The notes under the pieces: model-generated
Databases searched by the model: none
What the model was told of the DNA's origin: nothing
Seen by the model: only the letters and a program-made list of their open reading frames with translations
In this document: positions 1 through 9,632 of the stretch, piece after piece
Numbering within the stretch: position 1 is the stretch's first letter
Layout: each line of letters starts with the position of its first letter
Translations under genes and position numbers: made by a program
DNA from: Jatrophihabitans sp.
GTDB taxonomy: Bacteria; Actinomycetota; Actinomycetes; Mycobacteriales; Jatrophihabitantaceae
Assembly: GCA_036261575.1 (NCBI GenBank)
Contig: DATAKO010000049.1
Coordinates: 40 to 64,039, forward strand
DNA length: 64,000 nt
Direction of reading: 5' to 3'

Positions 1-171
1 ATCGGCGACATCGGTTCTGACATCGAGGCGGCGAGCGCGGCCGGGGCGCACTCGGTGCTGGTACCCACGGCGCGCACCCGTGCCGCCGAGGTGGCCGCGG
101 CACCGCTGCGGGCACCGGACCTGGCGGCAGCGGTGGACTTGGTGCTGTCCGGCGAATGGCAGTGGTCATGA
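1..171 (+). CDS. gmhB: HAD-family heptose-1,7-bisphosphate phosphatase-like protein, 3' end only (truncated by window edge)
   Basis: Frame 1 reads IGDIGSDIEAASAAGAHSVLV (HAD motif IV, GD-x3-D); TGA at 169-171 overlaps the next ATG (ATGA); lies in a gmhA/hldE operon. Confidence 0.7.
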   Translation: MGDIGSDIEAASAAGAHSVLVPTARTRAAEVAAAPLRAPDLAAAVDLVLSGEWQWS

Positions 172-1175
172 CCGGCCGGGTGCTGGTGGTGCGGCTGGAC
201 AGCATGGGCGACATGCTGGTCTGCGGGCCCGCGATCCGCGCGGTTGCAGCGGCGGCGCCGGTCACGGTACTGGCCGGCCCGGCGGGCCGGGCGGCGGCAG
301 AGCTGCTTCCCGGGGTCGGTGCCGTACTGGAGTGGGATTGCCCCTGGATTTCGGCTGATCCGGCTCCGGTAACCGCGAAGGACTGCGATGAGATCGTGGC
401 GCGGCTGCGGTGCGAGCGGTTCGACGCCGCGCTGATCCTGACCTCCTTCCACCAGTCCGCGCTGCCGACGGCGTTGCTGCTGCGGCTGGCCGGCATCGCG
501 CGGATCGCCGCGGTCAGTACCGACTACCCAGGCTCGCTGCTCGACGTCCGGATTCCGGAGCCGCCGGACGGGCCGGAGCCGCAACGGATGCTGGCCGTGG
601 CCGAGGCCGCCGGTTACCTGCGGGCGCCCGATGACGGCGGTGAGCTGCAGGTGCTCCCGCCGCCGGTGACCGGCCTGCCCGGTCCGTACCTGGTGGTGCA
701 TCCGGGGGCAGCGGCGCCGGCGCGGACGTGCTCGCCGGCGAACTGGCAGCACATCGTGGCAGGTCTGCTCGGCGATGGGCACCGGGTGGTGCTGACCGGG
801 GCCGCCGGCGACGCCGACTGGGGTGCCGGGCTGCCGGCGACAACGGATCTCACCGGCCGGCTGCGGCTCGCCGAGCTGGCCGGGGTGCTGGCCGGAGCAG
901 CCGCCGTGGTGGTCGGCAACACCGGTCCGGCACACCTCGCCGCGGCCGTCGGCACCCCGGTGGTGTCGCTGTTCGCGCCGGTGGTGCCGGCCGTCCGGTG
1001 GGCCCCGTACACGCCGGCGCGCGTCGTGCTGACCGACCCCGAGGCAGCGTGCGCGGGTAGCCGGGCCCGGACCTGCCCGGTGCCGGGACACCCGTGCCTG
1101 GACCGGATCACGCCGGCGCAGGTGCTGTCGGCGCTGGCCGAACTCGGCGTGGCGGCCCCGGCGGTGATCGGATGA
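168..1175 (+). CDS. Glycosyltransferase family 9 (heptosyltransferase-like)
   Basis: RVLVVRLDSMGD N-terminus, VHPGA, GNTGPAHLAAAVGTP motifs; ATGA overlap at 168. Confidence 0.9.
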   Translation: MTGRVLVVRLDSMGDMLVCGPAIRAVAAAAPVTVLAGPAGRAAAELLPGVGAVLEWDCPWISADPAPVTAKDCDEIVARLRCERFDAALILTSFHQSALPTALLLRLAGIARIAAVSTDYPGSLLDVRIPEPPDGPEPQRMLAVAEAAGYLRAPDDGGELQVLPPPVTGLPGPYLVVHPGAAAPARTCSPANWQHIVAGLLGDGHRVVLTGAAGDADWGAGLPATTDLTGRLRLAELAGVLAGAAAVVVGNTGPAHLAAAVGTPVVSLFAPVVPAVRWAPYTPARVVLTDPEAACAGSRARTCPVPGHPCLDRITPAQVLSALAELGVAAPAVIG

Positions 1176-2116
1176 GGATCCTGCTCTGGCACCTGCACGG
1201 CAGCTGGATGACCGCGTTCGTCCAGGGCCGGCACGACTACCTGGTCCCGGTGACACCTGACCGCGGCGAGTACGGGCTCGGCCGGGCACGCACCTGGCAG
1301 TGGCCGGCGTCGGTGCGCGAGGTCACGCCGGCGCAGCTGGCCCAGGAGCCGGTCGACGTGGTGATCCTGCAGCGGCCGGAGGAGCTGGCGCTGTGCCAGG
1401 CGTGGCTGGGCCGGCGTCCCGGTCCGGATGTGCCGGCCGTCTACCTGGAGCACAACACCCCGCGCGGGCAACGGCATCCAGTGGCAGACCGGGCCGACCT
1501 TCGGCTGGTGCACGTGACCCACTTCAACGAGCTGTACTGGGACAGCGGCCAGTGCCCGACGACGGTGATCGAGCATGGCGTGATCGATCCGGGGCAGCGC
1601 TACACCGGCGAGCTCGAGCGCGTGGGCGTGGTCATCAACGATCCGGTCCGCCGCGGCCGCGAGGTCGGCGCCGACCTGCTGCCGCGGTTCAGCGACCTGG
1701 CCCCGATCGACCTGTTCGGCATGCGCGCCGCGCAGTACCGGGCGCCGGCGGTGCAGCCGTTCGAGGACCTGGCCGATCAGCAAGCGCTGCATCGCGAGCT
1801 GGCCCGCCGCCGGCTGTACCTGCACCCGGTCCGGTGGACCTCGCTCGGGCTGTCGCTGATCGAGGCGATGCTGCTCGGGCTTCCGGTGGTTGCGGTGGCC
1901 GCCACCGAGGTGCCGGAGGCGATCGATCCCCAGGCGGGGGTGATCTCCACCGACCTGCAGCGGTTGCGCGCCGGCGTCCGGCTGTACCTGAACGAGCCGG
2001 AGGCGGCCCGGCTGGCGGGCAAGGCGGCCCGCCAGGCGGCGCTGCGCCGGTTCGGCCTGACCCGCTTCCTGTCCGACTGGGATCGAGTGCTGCACGAGGC
2101 GAAGGAGGATTGCTGA
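1172..2116 (+). CDS. GT-B glycosyltransferase (family 4-like)
   Basis: MRILLWHLHGSW start at ATGA overlap; SLGLSLIEAMLLGLPVVA matches the GT4 E-x7-E region. Confidence 0.8.
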   Translation: MRILLWHLHGSWMTAFVQGRHDYLVPVTPDRGEYGLGRARTWQWPASVREVTPAQLAQEPVDVVILQRPEELALCQAWLGRRPGPDVPAVYLEHNTPRGQRHPVADRADLRLVHVTHFNELYWDSGQCPTTVIEHGVIDPGQRYTGELERVGVVINDPVRRGREVGADLLPRFSDLAPIDLFGMRAAQYRAPAVQPFEDLADQQALHRELARRRLYLHPVRWTSLGLSLIEAMLLGLPVVAVAATEVPEAIDPQAGVISTDLQRLRAGVRLYLNEPEAARLAGKAARQAALRRFGLTRFLSDWDRVLHEAKEDC

Positions 2117-3336
2117 TGCGGATCGCGTTGGTTTCCGAGCATGCCAGCCCACTGGCCGGCATCGGCGAGGTGGACGCCGGCGGGCAGAACGTGCACGTTG
2201 CGGCGCTGGCCTCGGGCTTGGCCTTGCGTGGTCATCAGGTCGTGGTCTACACCCGGCGCGATGCAGCCGAGCTGCCGGACCGGGTGGTGCTCGATTCGGG
2301 CGTGCAGGTGGAGCACGTGCCGGCCGGGCCGCCGCACCGGCTGCCCAAGGACGAGCTGGCGCCGCACATGCCCGCCTTCGCCGATCATCTGGCCCGGCGC
2401 TGGCGGCTGGCCCGCCCCGACCTGGTGCACGCGCACTTCTGGATGAGCGGGCAGGCCGCACTGGCCGCGGCCGGTGGCCAGCCCCGGCGGATCCCGGTGC
2501 TGCAGACCTTTCATGCCCTGGGCAGTGTGAAGCGGCGCTGGCAGGCGGACGCGGACACCAGCCCGCCGCACCGCCTTGCCACCGAGCGCCGGATCGCCCG
2601 GACCGCTGACCGGATCATCGCCACCTGCGCCGACGAGGTGCGCGAGCTCAGGCTGATGGGTGCCGATCCGGGCCAGGTCGACGTCATCCCGTGCGGGGTG
2701 GACGCCGAACGTTTCCGGCCCGAACCCGGCAGCGAGATCGGCCAGCGGCTGCTGTCCATCGGCCGGCTGGTGCCACGCAAAGGCGTCGCCGACACGATCC
2801 AGGCGCTGGCCTGGCTGCCCACCGCCCAGCTGGTGATCGCCGGCGGTCCGGTGCGCACCGGGCTGGCCGGCGACCCGGAGTACCGGCGGCTGCAGGCGCT
2901 GGCCGACGAGCTCGGGGTGGCCGATCGGGTTGAATTCGTGGGCCAGGTCCCGCACGAGCAGTTGCCGGCGCTGATCCGCTCGGCGGCGGTGGTGGTCTGC
3001 GCGCCGTGGTACGAGCCGTTCGGCATCGTGCCGGTGGAGGCGATGGCGTGCGGCGTGCCGGTGGTGGCAAGCGCCGTCGGCGGCATGCTCGACACCGTCG
3101 TGGACGGCCGGACCGGATTGCTGGTGCCACCGCAGCAGCCGCAGCGGTTGGCGGCGGCACTCGGTGAGCTGCTGGCCGACCGGGAACTGCGCCGGCGCTA
3201 CGGGCGGGCCGCGCGCCGGCGCGCGCTGCACAACTACACCTGGCCGGCAGTGGCCGAGGCCACCGAGCGCAGCTACCAGGCCGTGACCGGCCGCGGCGCG
3301 GCGGCGCAGATCCCGATCGGAGTCGTTCATGAGTGA
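2116..3336 (+). CDS. Glycosyltransferase family 4 (MshA-like)
   Basis: MRIALVSEHASPL, DAGGQNVHV, HAHFWMSG, YEPFGIVPVEAMACG; TGATG coupling. Confidence 0.9.
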   Translation: MRIALVSEHASPLAGIGEVDAGGQNVHVAALASGLALRGHQVVVYTRRDAAELPDRVVLDSGVQVEHVPAGPPHRLPKDELAPHMPAFADHLARRWRLARPDLVHAHFWMSGQAALAAAGGQPRRIPVLQTFHALGSVKRRWQADADTSPPHRLATERRIARTADRIIATCADEVRELRLMGADPGQVDVIPCGVDAERFRPEPGSEIGQRLLSIGRLVPRKGVADTIQALAWLPTAQLVIAGGPVRTGLAGDPEYRRLQALADELGVADRVEFVGQVPHEQLPALIRSAAVVVCAPWYEPFGIVPVEAMACGVPVVASAVGGMLDTVVDGRTGLLVPPQQPQRLAAALGELLADRELRRRYGRAARRRALHNYTWPAVAEATERSYQAVTGRGAAAQIPIGVVHE

Positions 3337-3904
3337 GCACCTGCGTTCCCTGACCGCCGCGCTTGAGCGGTTCGACCGGGACCGCCTGACCGCCACCTGG
3401 GGTCGCCGGCTGGCGGACCGGCTGTGCGGCGGCGCGAAGTTGCTCGCCGCCGGCAACGGTGGCAGCGCCGCCCAGGCCCAGCACTTGACCGCCGAACTCG
3501 TCGGCCGGTTCCGCGCCGACCGACCGCCGTTCTGCGCGATCTCGCTGCACAGCGAGCCGTCGGCGCTGACCGCGATCCTCAACGACTACGGTCCGGACGA
3601 GGTGTTCGCGCGCCAGCTGCAGGCGCACGGGCGCCCCGGCGACGTGCTGCTGCTGATGTCCACCTCCGGCGCCAGCCGCAACGTGCTGGTCGCGGCCGAG
3701 CGGGCCCGTGACATCGGCGTGCAGGTGTGGGCGATGACCGGTCCGGTGCCCAATCCTCTTGCCGCATCGGCTGATCACACGCTGGCGGTGGCCTCGGCAA
3801 GTACCGCGACGGTGCAGGAGCTGCACCTGGTGGCGCTGCACATGATCTGTGAGGCCTTCGACGAGCGGGTGGCCGAGCTGCTGCTGGCCGGAGCGGTCGG
3901 ATGA
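3329..3904 (+). CDS. gmhA: D-sedoheptulose-7-phosphate isomerase (SIS domain)
   Basis: AGNGGSAAQAQHLTAELVGRF, NDYG, STSGAS, QELHL motifs. Confidence 0.92.
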   Translation: MSEHLRSLTAALERFDRDRLTATWGRRLADRLCGGAKLLAAGNGGSAAQAQHLTAELVGRFRADRPPFCAISLHSEPSALTAILNDYGPDEVFARQLQAHGRPGDVLLLMSTSGASRNVLVAAERARDIGVQVWAMTGPVPNPLAASADHTLAVASASTATVQELHLVALHMICEAFDERVAELLLAGAVG

Positions 3905-5247
3905 GCGAGCCGATCGCCGTCGTCGGCGATGTGATGCTCGATGTCGACCTGATCGGGCATGCCGGCCGGCTGAGCCCGGACGCCCCGGTACCGGTGCTCG
4001 ACGACGTGGTCACCCGCAGCCGGCCCGGTGGTGCCGCGCTGGCCGCGACGATGGCCGCGGCGGGCCGGGAGGTCTACCTGATTACGCCGATGGTGGACGA
4101 CGACGCCGGGCGTGAGTTGCAGCGGTTGCTGCCGAAGGGAGTGCGGCTGGTGGCGCTGCCGGGTAGCGGCGAGACGGCGGTGAAGACGCGGATCCGGGCA
4201 GGTGAGCATGCGCTCGCCCGGATCGATCGCGGTAGCGCGCAGGTGCTGCCGACCGCCGTCCCGGACGAGGCGGCGCAGGCGCTGGCGGCGGCGTCGGCGG
4301 TGCTGGTGGCCGACTACGGCCGGGGGCTGACCGCCGACCCACGGATGCGGGACCTGCTTGCGATCACGGCGGATCGGCGACCACTGGCCTGGGATCCGCA
4401 CCCCCGGGGGCGGCCGCCGGTGCCCGGCACCACGGTTGCCACTCCGAACGCGGCGGAGCTGTTCGCGCTGTCCGGCGCGGCCGGGTCGACCCGGCTGGCG
4501 GGTGCGGCGGCTGCGGCTGGCAAGCTGCGGGCACAGTGGCAGCTGCCCTGGCTCAGCGCGACTTTGGGCGAGCGCGGCGCCCTGCTCGACCATGCGGGCG
4601 GCCATTTCCTGGTCGCCGCGGAGCCCGCCACCGGCGGCGATCCGTGCGGCGCGGGAGACGCCTATGCCGCCGGCCTGACCGGTGCGCTTGCCGACGGGGC
4701 GCTGATGACCGAGGCGGTGCAGCATGCCGTCAGCGTCGCCGGTGACTGGGTCCGGTACGGGCGGGCCGCCGTGGTACCGACCGCGCGGCTGGACGGTGCC
4801 GCCGCAGCCGTCGCCGACCGGGTGCGTGCCCGTGGCGGCACGGTGGTCGCCACCGGCGGCTGCTTCGATCTGCTGCACCCCGGCCATGTCGCGGTGTTGC
4901 AGGCGGCCCGCGCCTGGGGAGACTGCCTGATCGTCTGCCTCAATTCCGACGAGTCCATCCGGCGGATCAAGGGTCCGGACCGGCCGGTGCAGTCCGAGCG
5001 GGCCCGTGCCGCGGTGCTGTCCGCGCTGGCTTGTGTCGACGCGGTGGCCGTGTTCGGCGAGGACACCCCGGAGCAGGTGCTGCGCGAGCTGCGCCCGGAC
5101 GTGTGGGTGAAGGGCGGTGACTACAGCGCCACCGATCTGCCGGAGGCGCCGGTGGTGCGGTCCTGGGGTGGCGTGACGGCGACCGTGCCGTACCGCACCG
5201 GACTGTCCACCAGCGCGCTCGTGGACAAGATCCGGCTCACCGGGTGA
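3901..5247 (+). CDS. hldE: Bifunctional heptose-7-phosphate kinase / heptose-1-phosphate nucleotidyltransferase
   Basis: N-terminal PfkB (VVGDVMLD, PGGAAL, DPCGAGD) fused to GGCFDLLHPGH, LNSD, KGGDY, STS nucleotidyltransferase domain. Confidence 0.92.
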   Translation: MSEPIAVVGDVMLDVDLIGHAGRLSPDAPVPVLDDVVTRSRPGGAALAATMAAAGREVYLITPMVDDDAGRELQRLLPKGVRLVALPGSGETAVKTRIRAGEHALARIDRGSAQVLPTAVPDEAAQALAAASAVLVADYGRGLTADPRMRDLLAITADRRPLAWDPHPRGRPPVPGTTVATPNAAELFALSGAAGSTRLAGAAAAAGKLRAQWQLPWLSATLGERGALLDHAGGHFLVAAEPATGGDPCGAGDAYAAGLTGALADGALMTEAVQHAVSVAGDWVRYGRAAVVPTARLDGAAAAVADRVRARGGTVVATGGCFDLLHPGHVAVLQAARAWGDCLIVCLNSDESIRRIKGPDRPVQSERARAAVLSALACVDAVAVFGEDTPEQVLRELRPDVWVKGGDYSATDLPEAPVVRSWGGVTATVPYRTGLSTSALVDKIRLTG

Positions 5248-6254
5248 AGACGACGCTGGCGCTGCGGGCGATCGGGCTGGGCGACTTCCTGACCGGCCTG
5301 CCGGCACTGCAGGCGTTGCGCTGGGCGCGCCCGGACGACCGGCTGGTGCTGGCCGCGCCGGCCCATTTCCAGCCGCTGTTGCCGCTCGGCGTGCCGGTGG
5401 ACGAGCTGTGCCCGACCGACGAGCTTTCACCCATCCCGTGGCAGGGGCCGGTCGAGCTGGCAGTCGATCTGCACGGCAACGGACCGGCCAGCCGGCGGCT
5501 GCTGGACCGGCTGCGGCCCGGTCGGGTGCTCGGCTTCGGCTATCCGGGGCGCCCGGGACCGCGGTGGCTGCCGGACGAGCCGGAGGTGCATCGCTGGCTA
5601 CGGCTGATCCAGGAGGGACTGCCGGCCGGCAACCCGCGACGGTGCAACCAGCCGGCGGCATGCCACCCGGCTGCCACGGACTCTCCTGCTGCCCGACCGG
5701 CAGTCCGGTTGTCCGTGCCGCAGGTGCCGGCTCCGGAGGGGGCGATCGTGCTCCATCCGGGCGCGGCGGCACCGGCACGGCGCTGGCCGGTCGAGCGCTT
5801 CGCCGCGCTGGCCCGGCTGCTGCACGAGGCCGGTCAGCGCGTGGTGGTGACCGGATCGGCCGGCGAGCACGCACTCGTCGAGCGGGTGTGCCGGGATGGC
5901 GCGGCGACCGGCTGGGTCGGCCCGACCCTGCAGGAGCTGTTCGCGCTGGTGGCCCGGGCGCGGCTGGTGATCTGCGGCGACACCGGTGTCGCGCATGTCG
6001 CCAGCAGCTACCGCACGCCCAGCGTGCTGCTGTTCGGTCCGGTGTCGCCGGCCAGGTGGGGACCGCCGGCCAGTGGCCCACACCGGGTGCTGTGGCACGG
6101 TGACGGCACCGGCGATCCGCACGGCGCGGTGCTCGATCCGGCGCTGGCGCGGATCGGGGTCGACGAGGTGCTGCAGGCGGCGTTCGCCATGCTGCACCGA
6201 GCTGGACACCCCCGCAGCCACATTGCACCCCTGACCGAGAAGGAGCTGGCGTGA
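5244..6254 (+). CDS. Glycosyltransferase family 9
   Basis: LRAIGLGDFLT, LHPGA, CGDTGVAHVA motifs; GTGA overlap. Confidence 0.88.
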   Translation: MKTTLALRAIGLGDFLTGLPALQALRWARPDDRLVLAAPAHFQPLLPLGVPVDELCPTDELSPIPWQGPVELAVDLHGNGPASRRLLDRLRPGRVLGFGYPGRPGPRWLPDEPEVHRWLRLIQEGLPAGNPRRCNQPAACHPAATDSPAARPAVRLSVPQVPAPEGAIVLHPGAAAPARRWPVERFAALARLLHEAGQRVVVTGSAGEHALVERVCRDGAATGWVGPTLQELFALVARARLVICGDTGVAHVASSYRTPSVLLFGPVSPARWGPPASGPHRVLWHGDGTGDPHGAVLDPALARIGVDEVLQAAFAMLHRAGHPRSHIAPLTEKELA

Positions 6255-7219
6255 GCGAGAATGCCGCCGAACCCACCGACCTCAGCCGCACCTCATGGCG
6301 GGGCGTGCTGCGCCGGTCGGTCCGCGAGTTCAGAGATGACAACCTGTCCGACTGGGCGGCGGCGCTGACCTATCGCAGCGTGCTGACCCTGGCTCCGGCC
6401 AGCCTGCTGCTGGTGTCGGTGGTCGGCCTGCTCGGCCGCGACGCGGTGAACCGGCTGCGCAGCAACATAGATGCACTCACGCCGGGCGGGATCCACTCGA
6501 CTTTGCAGCAGATTCTCGACAGCGTGCAGAACCGCTCCGGAGCGGGCCTGGCCGCCGTGGTCGGCATCCTGGCCGCGTGGTGGTCGGCGTCGAGCTACGT
6601 GGCCGCCTTCATGCGCGCCTCGAACGCCATCTACGAGGTAGGCGAGGGCCGGCCGATGTGGAAGACGATCCCGCTGCGACTGTTGATCACGCTGGCCATG
6701 CTGGTGCTGGGGGTGCTCGCCGCCGCCATCGTCATCTTCAGCGGCCCGCTCGCCGACCGGGTGGGACAGGCGGTCGGCCTGAGCAGCACCGCGGTACTCG
6801 TGTTCAACATCGTCAAGTGGCCGGTGCTGCTGGTGATAGTCAGCTTGATGCTGGCGATCCTCTACTACGCCGCGCCGAACGCGCGGCAGCCCGGCTTCGC
6901 CTGGATCAGCCCCGGCGGGGTGCTGGCGGTGCTGCTCTGGCTGGCCGTGTCCGGCCTGTTCGCGGTCTACGTCGCCAACTTCGCCTCCTACAACAAGACG
7001 TACGGCACGCTGGCCGGGGTGATCGTCTTCCTGGTCTGGATGTGGCTGACGAACATGGCGATCCTGCTGGGTGCGGAATTCAACGCCGAACTGCAGCATG
7101 CCCGCGCCATCCAGGACGGGCTTGCGGATCCGGACTCGCCGGACTTCGCGCTACCGCGGGACACCCGCACCCTGTCCGGGGACGCGCAGCGGCGCGCGCA
7201 GGCGCTGCGGCGCGAGTGA
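6251..7219 (+). CDS. YihY/BrkB family membrane protein
   Basis: DNLSDWAAALTY, RASNAIYEV, PGGVLA, YNKTYGTLAGVIVFLVWMWL, GAEFNAE; multiple TM helices. Confidence 0.9.
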   Translation: MSENAAEPTDLSRTSWRGVLRRSVREFRDDNLSDWAAALTYRSVLTLAPASLLLVSVVGLLGRDAVNRLRSNIDALTPGGIHSTLQQILDSVQNRSGAGLAAVVGILAAWWSASSYVAAFMRASNAIYEVGEGRPMWKTIPLRLLITLAMLVLGVLAAAIVIFSGPLADRVGQAVGLSSTAVLVFNIVKWPVLLVIVSLMLAILYYAAPNARQPGFAWISPGGVLAVLLWLAVSGLFAVYVANFASYNKTYGTLAGVIVFLVWMWLTNMAILLGAEFNAELQHARAIQDGLADPDSPDFALPRDTRTLSGDAQRRAQALRRE

Positions 7220-7241
7220 TCGCGCCCCAGCGCCGGTCCGT

Positions 7242-8114
7242 TCAGGGCCGGTGCGCCTGCTCGCCGGTGTGCCGCGACTCCGGCCAGCTGGGCGCGGCCC
7301 CGGTCAGCACCACTTCCTCGGCGACGTCGGCAAGCTTGACGTGGTTGCGTTGCGAGGCCGTGCGCAGCAGCTCGAAGGCCTGCTCCTCGGTGACCTTGTA
7401 GATGGCCACCAGCACGCCGATGGCCACGCCGATCCGGCGGTTGCTCTCCAGCGCCTTGCTGAGGTTGTCGGCCTGATCGCTGCGGCTGGCGTCGTGCAGG
7501 GCTACCGCGGCGTGCACGGCGTACACCGATCCGAGCGCCAGCCGCTGCATCGTCAGGGCGTACGGCCGGTCCGCGTACAGCACCAGCACGCCGACCGGAT
7601 CACCTTGCGTGCCAAGGCAGAACGCCGCCGCCGAACGCACCGGCGTGCGGTCCATCATGTGCCGGGAGTAGCCGGGCCAGCGGGTCTCGGCGGCGAAGTC
7701 GTCCACCACCAGGTTGCCGCCGGTCCGCAGGCATTCCTCGGCGAGTATTGCCTGGCTGGCGGCAATCTCGGCCAGGCCCTCGCCCAGCCCCGCGTCGCTG
7801 CACGCGTCCAGCCGCAGGTGCGTCGCCCGTTCGGGCAGGTGCCACAGGGAGGCACAGTGGCAGCCGAGCTTGGCCACCGCCAGCTGGACGATCTGCTGGC
7901 GGGTGCTCGCCAGGTCGGGCGCCTCCGCGATGCACATCGCGACGTCGGCGAATTCCATCGCCAGGTTCAGTTCCGCACCGCTGGCAGCGGCGGCACCGGC
8001 ATCCGCCGGCAGTGAACCTGCCTCCTGCCGAGCAGCATCGTTGGGCGCCACATCGGGAGCGGCACTGTCGGTCACGGTTGTGCGGGACAGGGTTGTGGAG
8101 GACGGGGAAGTCAT
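7242..8114 (-). CDS. GAF and ANTAR domain protein
   Basis: GAF region then ALESNRRIGVAIGVLV...AFELLRTASQRNHVKLADVA (ANTAR); AAGG RBS before ATG. Confidence 0.9.
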   Translation of the reverse strand: MTSPSSTTLSRTTVTDSAAPDVAPNDAARQEAGSLPADAGAAAASGAELNLAMEFADVAMCIAEAPDLASTRQQIVQLAVAKLGCHCASLWHLPERATHLRLDACSDAGLGEGLAEIAASQAILAEECLRTGGNLVVDDFAAETRWPGYSRHMMDRTPVRSAAAFCLGTQGDPVGVLVLYADRPYALTMQRLALGSVYAVHAAVALHDASRSDQADNLSKALESNRRIGVAIGVLVAIYKVTEEQAFELLRTASQRNHVKLADVAEEVVLTGAAPSWPESRHTGEQAHRP

Positions 8115-8524
8115 GGTTCACCTTCTTGCATCGAGGTGTGCGACCGCCGTCACAGTCAGCCACACCGATCTGAAGAACGGGTGGCCCGCGGAGCGGTCGA
8201 AGCAGAGCTTTGCTTGTCTGCGCTGTACCGGACGTGCAATGGATCGTCCTGGACATTCCCGCCGGTGCGTCACCGCGATGACGCGGTGTTCGGACTCGTC
8301 AGCTGCGAAGACTCGAATCAGCTGAAACTCGGAGTTCGGAACCGGAGGGAGTTAAGGCGCCTAGCAACACCTCGAAGGTAACCCTACCCCCACCGCTGTC
8401 AGATCGAGTTAAAAGGGACGGTTATTCACAGGTCGGCGCCCGACTGGTACGGCCGTTCGCGTCGGTGCGAGGTAGGGTTCGGCTCAGGCCGACCAGCGCC
8501 TGCCCCGAATGCTCGGAGGCTGGT

Positions 8525-9034
8525 ATGGCTGTCCCTCACCGCCCGCTGCTGCCGTTGTTCAGCTGGGCCGCGCTGTGTTGGCTGGCGCTGACCTGGAGCC
8601 TGCAGCCCGAACAGCTCGTGGCCGGAGCCGTGATCAGTGCGGCCGTCTCGTTCGGCCTGGCCGGGCTGATGGACGGGGTCGCGCGGCCGTGGGCAGTGCT
8701 GCGTCCACGGCGCGCGCTGGCGTTGTGCAGGCTGCTTGGCCGCACCGCCGGCCACGTGGTGCTGGCCAACCTGCGATTGACCCGGCGGATCTGGAGCCCG
8801 GTGCGGCCACTGCGCTCCGGGATGCTGGTGGTGCGCACCTCGATGCGCGGCGATGGCGAGCTGGCGACGGTGGGCCTGCTCAGCTCACTCATCGTCGACA
8901 ACCAGCTGGTCGATCTCGACCGGGCCACGCATCAGCTTCAATACCACGCGATGGCGGTGTCCCCGCCCGGCCCGCACCGAAGCAGCCAGGTGACCGGCGA
9001 CATCGAGCCGCTGATCCGGGACATGCTGCAATGA
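8525..9034 (+). CDS. mrpE: Na+/H+ antiporter subunit E
   Basis: GGAGG RBS then ATG 8525; WLALT, VVLANL, PLRSGMLVV; N-terminal TM helices. Confidence 0.8.
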   Translation: MAVPHRPLLPLFSWAALCWLALTWSLQPEQLVAGAVISAAVSFGLAGLMDGVARPWAVLRPRRALALCRLLGRTAGHVVLANLRLTRRIWSPVRPLRSGMLVVRTSMRGDGELATVGLLSSLIVDNQLVDLDRATHQLQYHAMAVSPPGPHRSSQVTGDIEPLIRDMLQ

Positions 9035-9291
9035 CCAGGGTGTACGAAGCGGTGTGCGTGCTGGAGCTGCTGCTCATGATCGCGCTGCTGGTGCGGCTCG
9101 CGCGCGGCCCGTCGGTCACCGACCGCATCCTCGCCCTGAACACCATCTCCAGCCAGGCCGCCGTGGCCGTGCTGTGCTACGCCGCGGCGGCCGGCCGGTC
9201 CAGCTATGCCGATGTGGCACTGTGGCTCGCCTCGTTCAGCTACCTGGCAGCCTTCATCTGGGCTCGCTACCTGGAGCGGGGCTTGCTGTGA
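9031..9291 (+). CDS. mrpF: Na+/H+ antiporter subunit F
   Basis: RLARGPSVTDRILALN motif, three TM helices, ATGA overlap. Confidence 0.88.
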   Translation: MTRVYEAVCVLELLLMIALLVRLARGPSVTDRILALNTISSQAAVAVLCYAAAAGRSSYADVALWLASFSYLAAFIWARYLERGLL

Positions 9292-9632
9292 GAGACGTCG
9301 TGGTCATCGTGCTCGCAGCGGTGGGGATGTTCGTCTCGCTGACCGCCACCGTGGGCATCCTGCGGATGCCCGACCTCTACACCCGGGTGCAGTGCTCGTC
9401 CAAGGCGGTGACGGTAGGCACGCTGCCGGTGCTGGCGGCGGTCGTGGTCGGGCAGGGCCCGCTGACCGCCTATGGTGGCCGGGCGCTGCTGGTCGGGCTG
9501 CTGATCCTGCTGCTCGGCTCGGCCACCGCGCACGCGCTCACCCGGGCTGCCTACAAGGCGGGCGTGCCCATGTGGCCCGGGGCGGTGGTGGACGAACCGC
9601 ACGAGCAGGGCGCGGATGGAGCGCCGGGATGA
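9288..9632 (+). CDS. mrpG: Na+/H+ antiporter subunit G
   Basis: VGILRMPDLYTRVQCSSKAVTVG motif; GTGA overlap. Confidence 0.88.
   Translation: MRDVVVIVLAAVGMFVSLTATVGILRMPDLYTRVQCSSKAVTVGTLPVLAAVVVGQGPLTAYGGRALLVGLLILLLGSATAHALTRAAYKAGVPMWPGAVVDEPHEQGADGAPG

Noticed and set aside
3775-6342. 855-aa minus-strand ORF
   Set aside because: Shadow of hldE and GT9; Pro/Arg-rich with no recognisable family
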